From positions 35,263,703-35,327,702 of the forward strand of contig CP154954.1 of the NCBI GenBank assembly GCA_039621445.1: DNA of 64,000 nucleotides, read 5' to 3'. The stretch is from Euglena gracilis (lineage: Eukaryota). A program made the position numbers and the translations under genes. The notes under the pieces were generated by a model. That model did no database searches. It had not been told where the DNA came from and worked only from the letters and a program-made list of their open reading frames with translations. The first letter of the stretch is position 1. The number at the start of each line of letters is the position of its first letter. Below are positions 52,401 through 62,259 of this stretch, one piece after another.

Positions 52401-53247
52401 CTACAATCATGAAACCAACGGGTCCCCTGACTTTTCAGGCCACCTGGAACACCCATTCGGTTACTCGGAGTAAGGCCCAATTTTGGTCCATTTTTACATG
52501 GTAACCTGGGCTGACCTGGTAAATGTGCCCTCGAATGATAGAATGCACCCATCTAAATCTGCTCATTTCTTGCAAATAAACCTTTCGGCTGCATGTTTTT
52601 CTTACCATTAAACCACGACAATCATGAAACCAACGGGTCCCCTGACTTTGGAGGCCTCCTGGAACACCCATTCGGTTACTCGGAGTAAGGCCCAATTTGG
52701 TCCATTTTACATGGTAACCTGGGCTGACCTGGTAATGTCCCCGGAATTGTCGAATGCACCCATCTAAATGGGCTCATTTTCTTGCAACAACCTTCCGGCT
52801 GCATGTTTTTCTTACCATTAAACCACGACATCATGAAACCAACGGTCCCCGCTTTGATGGCCTCCTGGAACACCCATTCGGTTACTCGGAGTAAGGCCCA
52901 ATTTGGTCCATTTTTACATGGTAACCTGGGCTGACCTGGTAAATGTCCCCGGAAAGGGTCGAATGCACCCATCTAAATGTGCTCATTTCTTGCAACCAAC
53001 CTTCCGGCTGCATGTTTTTCTTACATTAAACCACGACAATCATGAAACCAACGGTCCCCTGACTTTGGAGCCTCCTGGAACACCCATTCGGTTACTCGAG
53101 TAAGGCCCAATTTGTCCATTTTTACATGGTACACTGGGCTGACCTGGTAAATGTCCCCCAAAAGGTCGAATTGCACCCATATAAATCTGCTCATTACTTG
53201 CAACCAACCTTCCGGCTGCATGTTTTTCTTAACAGTGAAACCACGAC
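46495..53247 (+). repeat. Satellite block 6, forward, degenerating toward the retroelement
   Basis: Starts GGAGTAAGGCCC at 46495. Indel density rises after ~52.2 kb. The last clear motif, AAACCACGAC, ends at 53247; satellite-like remnants persist to ~53315. Confidence 0.95.
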
Positions 53248-53534
53248 CCATTTCTCCTGGGCTCGGACTCTGAGTAACCAATTTGGTCATTTTTATCAAC
53301 CTGGTGACCAGGAAACCTTGCAAGCATTTTGGTACAAGTTTGCTCCAAATTGAGGAAGCGTGAATCGGAATGCCGATCCATGCAAGATGGTTTCTCGGTT
53401 GGATGACCGTTTTCTGCGTTGTGTGGAAAAGCCAACCGCGGAAATTCCTCACCACCGTGGAAACCCCCACCAAGTCACTCCACCAATTGCAACCGTCTCA
53501 AATGCGGTGAGCGCTTGCGGGTCAACTCCGGAAT

Positions 53535-54467
53535 GTGGAGGAGTCCCAAGGAAATCTTGCCCAAGAATTACACTTGGTTTCTGAAAAGTTGCCACACTTG
53601 GAAGATTTTTTCCCGTTACCCAAACGCATTAGGCATTTGGAGAATGAGGTTGACCGTATTGCGGCCAACTCCAGTTGGTGGAACATTTGGAAGAAACGGT
53701 GCATGACTTGTCCCGCGAGTCTGATAAAATGTCCCCTCCGGTACCGGTTGTGCCACCACCTACCGCGGTAAGCGCTGCGGTTGGTATTCCAAATGTCCCG
53801 GAATCGCGTTCTCAAATTACCATTTCCGGAGTAGGAATCCCTACATCCATCCACCGCGAATTTGGTACAACCACCCGCGAAAACGCGAATTGTACCACCT
53901 TTGCATTTGCCAACACCACAAACTCATTTTTCACACACATTTCCGATGAGGAAATGACCCCCACTGGAAAATTCGAGTCTCCACCAAGAAATTCAAACTT
54001 CCAACCTTGTACGAGTTATGAGCCAACACCACACACCTGGTATTGGTCATGTGTCGCATTGGCGCTCATCCCATTCACGAAAGGGGTCTGGATTAACGAA
54101 TTACCCATTGGGTTTTCGGCGGGAAACCCCCGCCCACCGGGAGAATTTTCACCATTTTTTCGCAAATCCCGCAGGAAAATCCTGCAACCTTACACTTGGT
54201 GCGGGAAATCCTGCACGGGTTAGACATGGAGCGGAAAAAATCCGCGAAACGCGTTTGGTGTTAAGAATTACCCTGACCCAAACCCCTGGAATACCACCGA
54301 GGGTCAGCGGGTTACACAGAGAGACTTCAAGGGCACCATCGCAATCGCGAACAAGGTGAAGCCCCAATGGGACGGGGATCCAACCACATGGAGACAATTT
54401 TTTCTGGACTGGGAGGGCTATTGCACTCAAGTGACCCACCCAAGACCCGAATCCCGAGGTAGTCAAG
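53535..54467 (+). pseudogene. gag: Probable frameshifted N-terminal part of gag
   Basis: Overlapping + strand fragments join by frameshifts: a coiled-coil-like stretch (EESQGNLAQELHLVSEKL...RIRHLENEVDRIAAN / LVEHLEETVHDLSRE), a Pro-rich stretch, then KPQWDGDPTTWRQFFLDWEGY at ~54359-54421. The last resembles the retrotransposon capsid N-terminal motif and lies one frameshift upstream of the 54468 ORF. Confidence 0.55.
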
Positions 54468-55733
54468 ATGGAATTCATCGATTGCCTACCGAGGGAGGAG
54501 CGAGAACGCGCACGTAATTTGGTGATACGTAATGGCGTATCATTCGATGACCTGGTTGAGCAATACGCTTCAACCAATTCAAGTTTGGTCACCAGGATTA
54601 CCCTGGAGAAGAAGTGGCGACAAAGCGCGCCATCGGATCGCAAAGGGAAATCCATTGACCGTGGGTATGGCAAATGGTTAGCACTTGCTTCCGAAGTTGA
54701 TGAACTCAGCGAGAAGCAAATGCGCGAACAATTCGATGCGGTGTTGTTGCATTTCACACCATCCCTCGTGAAGGATATCCATCGCGAGGATTTGTTAGGG
54801 CATGAGATGACTCTTGCCCAACGTTGGAATTATGTGTCAAAGCAACTCAAGCTCACACAAGTTTTGGGACAAATTCAGTCCGCCTTCCAAACGCATCCCA
54901 CCGCGGGAATCCCTGCGGGTGCGGTTAACGCGTTGCAAAAATCACCCATGTCACCAAGATCACCCACTACGGGATCGAAAACGCGGAATCAGCGTTCTTC
55001 GGACCAAGGCACGGATAAACTGTGCTTTTTGTGCAACAAATCTGGTCACATGTCTCGGGAATGCCCGAATCCCGATGCGCGAAAGCGTATTGGAAGCCCA
55101 AGGGGCTCGACCTCCTCACGGAGATCGGGTTCCTCAGCGTTTTCACGTCAATCGGGAGTTTCACGGTCTTTGGAGAACCGCTTTAGCAGTAGTAGGCCCA
55201 AGTCACCATCGCGTGATGGTCGGGAAACCCGTCCTTCTCGCGGTCGGTCACCTGGCCCCCCTGCCCGAAAACGGGATTTCAATCGCGATTCTTCACGATC
55301 TCGTTCGCGAAGTGGATCATCCTCTTCACGCGAGTCAACGGGGAAGTCCCGATACACCGGTCATGGTCGACGGGAAACCCGTTCACCACGACGGTTTGAC
55401 GGTCGAACGGAATACCGTTCCCCTCGTTATGCGGAATCCCGCCACAAATCCCGTTGTTCACTCTTCGGTTCCAAAGATCACCACGCATCCAAATGTCCCA
55501 GATCTCGTTCCCCCCCCCGGCCCGGTACGGACCGTGGTTACTCCTCCAACCGGCAAAAGGTCGGTTTCAAGATATCTTGTTTGGAGGAGGACACCCCGGC
55601 TTCGGGCAGGGAGGGGGATGAGACCTCGGACGGGGAATTTAATGAGGCCCGAATGGCGGTGCGCTCATTGAATTCCATCTATTCCACCAAAAAGTCCGTT
55701 GCCGGCTATGCGGCCGGTTCGGACTTGGAGTAG
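54468..55733 (+). CDS. gag: Gag (capsid-like region and nucleocapsid zinc knuckles); true start probably upstream
   Basis: CFLCNKSGHMSREC is a CX2CX4HX4C knuckle (55023-55064). A second degenerate knuckle CSLFGSKDHHASKC lies at 55455-55496, with an RS-rich tract between. Ends in a TAG in frame with pol. Confidence 0.88.
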   Translation: MEFIDCLPREERERARNLVIRNGVSFDDLVEQYASTNSSLVTRITLEKKWRQSAPSDRKGKSIDRGYGKWLALASEVDELSEKQMREQFDAVLLHFTPSLVKDIHREDLLGHEMTLAQRWNYVSKQLKLTQVLGQIQSAFQTHPTAGIPAGAVNALQKSPMSPRSPTTGSKTRNQRSSDQGTDKLCFLCNKSGHMSRECPNPDARKRIGSPRGSTSSRRSGSSAFSRQSGVSRSLENRFSSSRPKSPSRDGRETRPSRGRSPGPPARKRDFNRDSSRSRSRSGSSSSRESTGKSRYTGHGRRETRSPRRFDGRTEYRSPRYAESRHKSRCSLFGSKDHHASKCPRSRSPPRPGTDRGYSSNRQKVGFKISCLEEDTPASGREGDETSDGEFNEARMAVRSLNSIYSTKKSVAGYAAGSDLE

Positions 55734-55769
55734 GGGAGCCCGAGGTCCGAGGGCACGGACCTCTGGGCT
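55731..55769 (+). promoter_or_regulatory. Candidate gag-pol UAG readthrough signal (stop plus 3' stem-loop)
   Basis: TAG GGG then AGCCC-GAGGTCCG-[AGGGCA]-CGGACCTC-T-GGGCT, a 13-bp stem with one bulge. gag (54468) and pol (55779) share a frame with no other stop between them. Confidence 0.65.
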
Positions 55770-58700
55770 GATGAACAGATGGAGGTAAGACCTGATCAAC
55801 CTTACCCCCCCTGCCCATCCGCCTTCACGGTCAGTACCCGGAATTATTTCGGGTCCCCTAACCCCCACTCCACATTTCCGCTCGGAATGCTGAGCAAAGT
55901 AGGAAAGGGTTCATGGGAGAGCTGGCATGCAAACGTATTTCCGCCAGACCCTTCACTTTGCGTACCACCAATGGAATTACTCGTCCAAGCGGAAATCCGC
56001 ATCCAAAATTTCTCCACTAAAGTTAAAATTCTCATTGACACTGGTTGTCGCATTGCACTGCTCTTTCGGTTGGGGTTGATACCGACCCCGCTCTTGGTAA
56101 GCGCCAAGAAACCGATCAAAATTACAACCGCGGATAACACCTCCATGTGTGGTGGTGATTTGGGATGTGTGCTCGGAATACTCTTGCCCATCATTCCGAA
56201 GCATCACTCACAACCCCCACAATTACAACATTTCACCAATATTTGGGGTTACGAGTCCGGAATTCACGGGTCTGACGTAATTTTGGGATACCCATTTTTA
56301 CGCCAGTACCGATTGGTTGTGGATTGCCACTCCCACGGTTTGCGCACAGCACCCACCACTTCATTGACACCCAAACCACCATCACCGTTGTCATCCACTA
56401 TGATGACCACCGCTTTGCCCACACCGTTACCCACAATGGCAACACCGTTACCCACCACACCAACAACCGTTTTCCACACCCGGGGTACGGAGAAAGCCTC
56501 CCCCCTGCCCAATGACACACCAACATGCGTTCCACATGAGGCAGGGCAAGCGAGTAGCGGTACCCCCGCCGTTTCACTGGGTTACAAGACGAAAGCCCAA
56601 AGGCCTGAAGTAATTACGGTGTCGAGTAGTCGCCCAGCTACACCACCACTCCGTTTCCCACCAGTTGTGCCGAATCCAGGCACACCTGTACAAGACTCCC
56701 CGGCTAATGCCATCGACACCCACTTTCACGCACACCCGTCACACCATCACACTTCCTTCCAATGTGTGCACTGCAGGAGAATTTCCAGCCAATCGGATTT
56801 CGATTGTGGATGTTTAGTTCAAAATCCGACACTAATCGCAATTCCGAAAACGGAATCCACCCCCCATGATACACTTGGTTGTAGCCCTCAATGCGCGGAG
56901 ATACACCGAGTACTCCAACAACGCGGATTAGCCTCGTTGTTCGGAAACGCGAAAAGCGCGATTCCTAATTACAATCGCGATCACACTTGGTACGGATTTG
57001 ATGCGGAATGGGGAAACCCCCAACCTGTCCAAACTCCCTTGGGATTAACCCTTGTGGTAGTGGAAGACAGCCCGCATGTTTGTGGATCCATTCATTGTTT
57101 TTCTACCCTTCAACCCGAAAATCGGGTGCATGAATACGCGAAACGTGTATGGAATGCTTTCAATTTCGGTCAATATCGCATTTTGGAACGATGGTTTTCA
57201 AAAATTGCGACATTGGCAGATTCTTTTGATTTGGCATTGGAAATCGATGCCTTCTCATCCAATGCACATGCCCGTTTGCCACGTCATTGGTCACAACACT
57301 CCAACACATTTGATAAATTTTGGGGTGATACGGTGTTATGGATGCACCCCCCCCAAAACTTATCGAATGTGCGGTTGAGAAAATTCTGCGGGATGAAGCC
57401 CGTGGAGTTTTTCTCATACCCATCATTCCGGAAGCGGAATGGTTCACCCAACTATCGTATGTATGTTTTTATTGGTGGGATTTACCCACTAATGTACCGA
57501 TTTTTGAGGATTTTTGTGGTAAAATATTACCACCCTTGCAAGAAATCATTTTTCGCGTATGTTTCTTCGATGCATTCGGAATGTCCGAATTCGCGGTGCC
57601 GAGGAAGCTCGGTAGCCCCAGGGATACAATGGCGGTTTCCGCAGTCATCGAGAGTGCAGGTCAGCATCCTAAATCAGCCGAATTCTGTTCGCGGATTACC
57701 CGCGAATTCCACGGTGTGCTGGAAAATCCAGTATACGCGTGCGACATCGACCCCGCGATACGCGGTCCGTTCGGTGTTTGCAAGATCGAGCTTAAGGATG
57801 GAGCCAAACCAATGCACCGAAAATTTTTTCGTTGTTCGGGAGAACGCGAACAAGCTCTCAATGAAATGATTGAGAAGCTTATTCAGCGAGTGGATTGTAC
57901 CCTCGAAAAGCGAGTGGACATCCCAGGCATTTGTTGTTCCTAAACCCCCAGACCCCTCAGGTCAGAAGAAATGGAGGCTGGTGCTGGATTACCGGTACCT
58001 GAACTCCCAAACAAGGGATGATCCCTTCCCGCTCCCCTGATCGAGGATTTGATCACCAAACAATCGGAAAACCGGTTGTGGTCAATTTTCGATCTGGAGG
58101 ACGGTTTTCACCAAATGCACTTACACCCTGACTCCCAACCATACACGGCATTCGTGACATCCAAGGGTGTGTACCAATGGACGGTACTCCCCATGGGTGT
58201 TAAGAATGGCCCAGCCATGTTTCAGCGCATGATACAATGGGTTCTACGCGATTTACCGTTTGCCATTGTGTACATTGATGATGTGCTGGTGGGAACACCA
58301 CCACCATCCGCAAAATCGAGCGAGGATATCCTCGTCACACACTTCCACCATGTTTGCGCGGTATTAACCGCTTTTCAAAAACATGTGCTTTTCGCGAAAG
58401 GCGCGAAAATGCATTTGTTTCGGATACTTATAAAATTTTGTGGTCACATCCTCAGCAATGGACAGCGGAAAGCCGCTCCGAGTAAACTCGAAGCCATTAA
58501 GAAATGGACCCCTGAGGTAATCAAAACGATTACTCACCTCAAAGGATTTTTGGGATTAGCCCAATACTACGCGATTTATATGAAGGACTTCGCGAAAATC
58601 GCGGTGCCCCTCACCAAACAGCTCAAAAACCGGGCTGTTGACAACACCAAAGTCATTTGGGATGACCAAATGCGCGAGGCCCTTGAGAAAATCAAGGTTT

Positions 58701-60830
58701 TGCTTTTGGAGAATGTTGTCCTCGAAATCGCGGACCCGTACAAACCATACGTGTTGGAAGTCGACAGCAGCGATTACGCTGTTGGCGGAGTTCTTAGCCA
58801 GCATAATGCGGCGAATGAGCTCCGACCTGTGGCTTTCTTCAGCAGAAAGTTACAGGGCGACGATGGAAAAGGTCAAGTCAAATGGAGTATACGCGAGAAG
58901 GAAACCTACGCAATCGTGCTTATACTCCAGAAATTCCGAAGCTGGGTAGCCAGCAGTCTCGTCCAGATCCTCGTCAAGACCGACCATGAGAGTCTCCAAC
59001 ACTGGTACACCGAGGATTTGAACAAGGCCATGTCATCGGTCGGAAGGCGATGCAGATGGCATGAGTTCTTGAGTCAATTCAACCTTGTGGTTATCTATAC
59101 CCCTGGTCACACACAAAAAGTAGCGGATCCGCTCAGTCGGGCCCCTTGGTATTACCCTGGGAACCCGGATGAGGGAGACGCGACTTTTCATGGAAGTCAG
59201 GAAGCTGACGACTACGCACGTCGAAACGACGCTGCGGATAATCTTTTGGATTCTTTTCCCGTTTCACAACTATTCCTGGTCGCACCAGTGCGAGGAAGGC
59301 GCCGACGTGGAAGCACGTCCGGGCCCCGGCGTATTACGCGCACGGAGTCCCCTTCCCCACTGTTCTTTCGCGAATGGGATTATAGTCGTGATCCGGTGTA
59401 TGACACCATTGTCACCAGACTTCGTAATGGCGAAGTGCTGGACAATTACACTCTTTCACCTTTACGGTTGGTTTTTCGCAATGAATCGGGTTACAAATAT
59501 TGTATCCCCCAGGACCTGGTTGATGATGTGATTTTGTGTTATCACAACCATGGTCACCCTGGGGCCCCCAAACTTCTTTCGTTGGTGGGCCGCAGGTACT
59601 GCACAACCCTGAGCGAGAAAGAGCTTTACTCACGCTGTTTGCGAATAGCGCAACGGTGTCAAATTTGTCAAGCGGTAAAACCCCGCAGAGGTACCCCCCC
59701 TGGTACGATGGACTTTTTCCCCGTACCCCCTGACATTTTTACATCCCTCTGCATGGATTTTCTGGAATTAGGAATCTTTCAGAGGAACTTACGACATAAT
59801 TTACTATTACGTTTTTGTTGTCGTCTGCAGGCTTAGTTGGTACATTGTAGCCATTCCATGCCAGAAGTCAGGGTTGACTGCCCAAAGTTTGGCAGCTATA
59901 TTTTTGGAGAAATGCATTTGCTTGATGGGTTTACCGAATGAAATTGTGAGTGATCAAGACCATTTGATTTCTTCAAGGTTTTTCACCACTTTGTGCGGTT
60001 TACTCGGAATCGAGCAACATTTTTCCATTATATACCGACCCAAAGGCAATGGTAGAGCCGAGGCAGCCGTGAAATCCGTCGTGAATATGCTTCGCCTTTC
60101 ACTGGCTGACTCGCGCAGCAACTGGATATCAGTTCTACCATGGTCTTTGTTTTATATCAATACCCTACCAGGGTTGGTTTTACCTCACTCCCCCTATAAA
60201 TTAGTTTTCGGACGGGACCCTCCGGCCATAGGGGATGTCCCTTCGGAGAGACCCGCCCGAACGAGTGTCAGTTGCGAGACCTGGTTTGCGGAAGTAGAAA
60301 ATCTACGTTCTGCAGTCCAGAAGCGCGTGACTGATATTCATGCAGCAAAACGGAAATCGTTTTTGCAGAATTTCAAGTCACCTGTGTATAGTCCTGGCGA
60401 CCGCGTGTGGGTACGGAATAGCCGTACTCGCATGCAGTCTTCCAAGCTGGACCCCCTCTGGCTCGGCCCCTGTGAAATCCTAGAAAGACTAGGTACCAGC
60501 GGGCGTTACAAGGTTGCATTACCGAATGGTGTTGAGGACGTTCATATGGACGACTTCAAACCATACCTGTCGCCACCGGATGGGAAACCCATCCCGTGTT
60601 TGCACTTCAAACCCCGTTCCAGATTACCTGAGACGGACGACTTTGTAGTCGATAAAATTATCGATCACAAAATCGACAAAGGTATGCACCTTTGGAAGGT
60701 CCGCTGGAAAGGGTATGGGCCCGAGGAGGACACTTGGGAGCCAGCAACCAGTTTTGTTGGGTATGTCCAGCAAGATTGGAAGCTGTGGAACAAGAAACAT
60801 AACATTGATGTTTCCATGACAAGTTTTTGA
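55734..60830 (+). CDS. pol: Pol polyprotein PR-[insert + MTase-like]-RT-RNase H-IN-chromodomain, interrupted by four small frameshifts (~57350, ~57890, ~58038, ~59771)
   Basis: Track ORFs 55779-57869, 57338-57943, 58049-59836 and 59874-60830, plus a bridging frame at 57891-58038 (WIVPSKSEWTSQAFVVPKP...KWRLVLDYRYLNSQTRDDPFPLP), join into one canonical Pol. Confidence 0.93.
55980..56320 (+). other. Retropepsin aspartic protease domain
   Basis: KILIDTGC (DTG at 56037-56045) and the C-terminal DVILGYPFL motif. Confidence 0.9.
57160..57580 (+). other. Dam/DIRS-type N6-adenine DNA methyltransferase-like domain within Pol
   Basis: EIDAFSSNAHARLPRHWS...NTFDKFWGDTVLWMHPP / (frameshift in the C-run) PKLIECAVEKILRDEARGVFLIPIIPEAEWF. 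By eye this matches the IDxFAS...DAF...W...[N/F]PP..LI..V..KI..D.A..I.I.P.W....WF pattern of DIRS-type and phage Dam-like MTases. Confidence 0.75.
57770..58460 (+). other. Reverse transcriptase domain (two small frameshifts)
   Basis: WRLVLDYRYLN, FDLEDGFHQM, TAFVT, LPMGVKNGPAMFQR, YIDD (58271-58282) and FCGHIL. Confidence 0.97.
58745..59140 (+). other. Ty3/gypsy RNase H domain
   Basis: EVDSSDYAVGGVLSQ, RPVAFFSRKL, EKETYAIV, TDHESL, RW..FLSQF and ADPLSR. Confidence 0.95.
59540..60570 (+). other. Integrase (HHCC, D,D35E core, GPY/F-like module)
   Basis: HNHGH...CQIC (59543-59668), MDF (D at 59756), VSDQD (D at 59952), NGRAE (E at 60060, 35 residues after the second D), and KLDPLWLGPCEI. Confidence 0.95.
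60636..60830 (+). other. C-terminal chromodomain of the integrase
   Basis: FVVDKIIDHK...LWKVRWKGYGPEEDTWEP, a canonical chromodomain with aromatic residues F, W and Y retained. Confidence 0.93.
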
Positions 60831-60850
60831 GAACGCATGGGAAACCCATG

Positions 60851-60901
60851 TTGTTTTCTCTTCTTTTTATCATTGATTCTTATCATTCTTTCTTTCCGCA
60901 G
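60851..60901 (+). promoter_or_regulatory. Polypyrimidine tract plus CAG: candidate 3' splice (or trans-splice) acceptor for the downstream ORF
   Basis: TTGTTTTCTCTTCTTTTTATCATTGATTCTTATCATTCTTTCTTTCCGCAG. The first downstream ATG is at 60993. Confidence 0.5.
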
Positions 60902-60992
60902 ACTTTTTACCAAATAATACTCAAGCGGTTACCCTCACACACCTTACAACCAACAACCCAAACATCCCACCGTACCGACCCCGGGCTGTATT

Positions 60993-62259
60993 ATGCTGCC
61001 CGGCGGAAGGGAGCCAGGCGGAGGACCGCCTTACCCCCCCACCACTCACCCTCAACCTGACCAGTATGCGTACCGATACGGTACGCAGCCACCTGCACGG
61101 ACTGCGGCTCAGGGAAACCCTGAAGCCAGCAGCAGTAGCAGGATGACCCAGATGCCCGCGGAAGCGCGGCCATCTCAGCCATCAGGCTCTCGTCGCCTCC
61201 CACCGTATGCGGGTGTGATGATCCACCGCACGGCGGAGACGATGAACCGGGTTATGCGTATGAGCGCAAACCCGGCACCAGACCAACTCACACAGGCATT
61301 GTGGGATGACCACTGCCGTAAAGTTTTGACCATCGCGAATACCCCTCCAGCCCTGTGGTGTATGTGCGCCCAGGCGACGATGACCGGTCTGGTGTATTAC
61401 ACCGACCCGGACGCGTCGGGATTCGCGGCAGACATTACCATGCGTGACCTGGGCGTGGAAGTCCCGCCACAGGTCGCGCAGGCAGGTACCACCAGTTGGC
61501 ACTTACACTGCACATTTTCGTGCTCACTCCCCCGGATTACCCGAGGAAGAGACGGTGGAAGCACCTGTCCGGAGTGAACACCCACGTGTGAAAGAAAGTA
61601 TTTTTCGATCCCCTGAGCGCATGCCCCGGCGGGATTATCCTGCGCAGGAGCCTGTGTCTCAGTATACCGTCTCTGGGGATTACCCCCAGGAGGCGCCAAT
61701 GCCACGGGATCAGTACGTATATCCACCTCAACCCCACCCAACCATACCTGACCCTATCCCACGACGTCCTGCGGAGGGAAATCCTCCCCCGACGTCTGAC
61801 TCTGCCCGAAGCGCTCGTCCGCGGGAAGCCGCGACAGCGCCTCGTGCGGCACCAGTTCCCCCGGCACGGGATGAACCCGTTAACCCGTGGACTGGTCGGC
61901 CGTTCGAGACTGAGGAGGACCGTCAACAGTATGAATATGCTGTGACGATCCAACGACAAATCGCACGTCGCCCCCCTGTTTCCGCTGGCCAGGGATACCC
62001 TGCCCGGGCGGAAATGACACGGGAAGAGCGCCAGCAGTATGATGCTGCTGTGTCGGCTCTCACAGGAGTCCCAGCTCCATCACGGTTAAGTCAACCAGCG
62101 CGACAGCGGGACGTGGCTGTGGCGGAAGCGCCACCAGCACGACCCACAAGCTCTGCCGCCGGCAAACGTGACCGCGGCCCGGAAAATCTGACGCCGCAGC
62201 CACAACGCCGCTCGCCGAGGTCGGAAAATCCGCCCGGCGGCGATGCACGTCGACGCTGA
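60993..62259 (+). CDS. Extra ORF downstream of pol, N-terminal Pro-rich part (two overlapping frames, 60993-61577 and 61444-62259, probably one frameshifted ORF); function unknown
   Basis: Overlapping same-strand ORFs with similar Pro/Ala/Arg/Gln-rich composition. A switch near 61480 (EVPPQVAQ / QVPPVG) is plausible. Confidence 0.5.

Larger units (their letters stand above)
1..53247. repeat. Satellite DNA array, 213-bp monomer, ~250 copies, mixed orientation
   Basis: GGTCGAATGCACCC recurs at 1, 214, 427 and so on. Near-identical 70-aa ORFs recur at 213-bp spacing throughout. The monomer contains the palindrome GGAGGCCTCC and the interrupted palindrome TTACTC-G-GAGTAA. The array continues past the left window edge. 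Confidence 0.99.

Noticed and set aside
298-53103. Many 60-118 aa ORFs (MSWFNGKKNMQ..., MVHFYMVTW...)
   Set aside because: They are by-products of a 213-bp (71-codon) period. Many start at TTG, a common T/A variant toggles an internal stop, and there is no recognisable domain.
1-53247. CRISPR array, rDNA, or tRNA/5S/spliced-leader gene array
   Set aside because: There are no unique spacers and no cas genes. I recognise no rRNA, tRNA or spliced-leader motif in the monomer, though an Rfam search was not possible.
54149-55671. Overlapping ORFs 54149-54757(-) and 54814-55671(+)
   Set aside because: They are alternative frames of gag with no recognisable motifs.
57355-57869. C-terminal ~170 aa of the track's 696-aa ORF (QNLSNVRLRKF...)
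   Set aside because: It is out-of-frame run-on after the C-run indel; the other frame carries the MTase-like and RT motifs.
55734-60830. Classifying the element as DIRS because of the MTase-like domain
   Set aside because: It has an aspartic protease, a DDE integrase and a chromodomain, and I see no tyrosine recombinase. The RT and RH motifs are Ty3/gypsy-type.
60831-61000. 3' LTR or polypurine tract after pol
   Set aside because: The + strand here is pyrimidine-rich, there is no repeat matching the 53.3-kb end, and coding sequence resumes at 60993.
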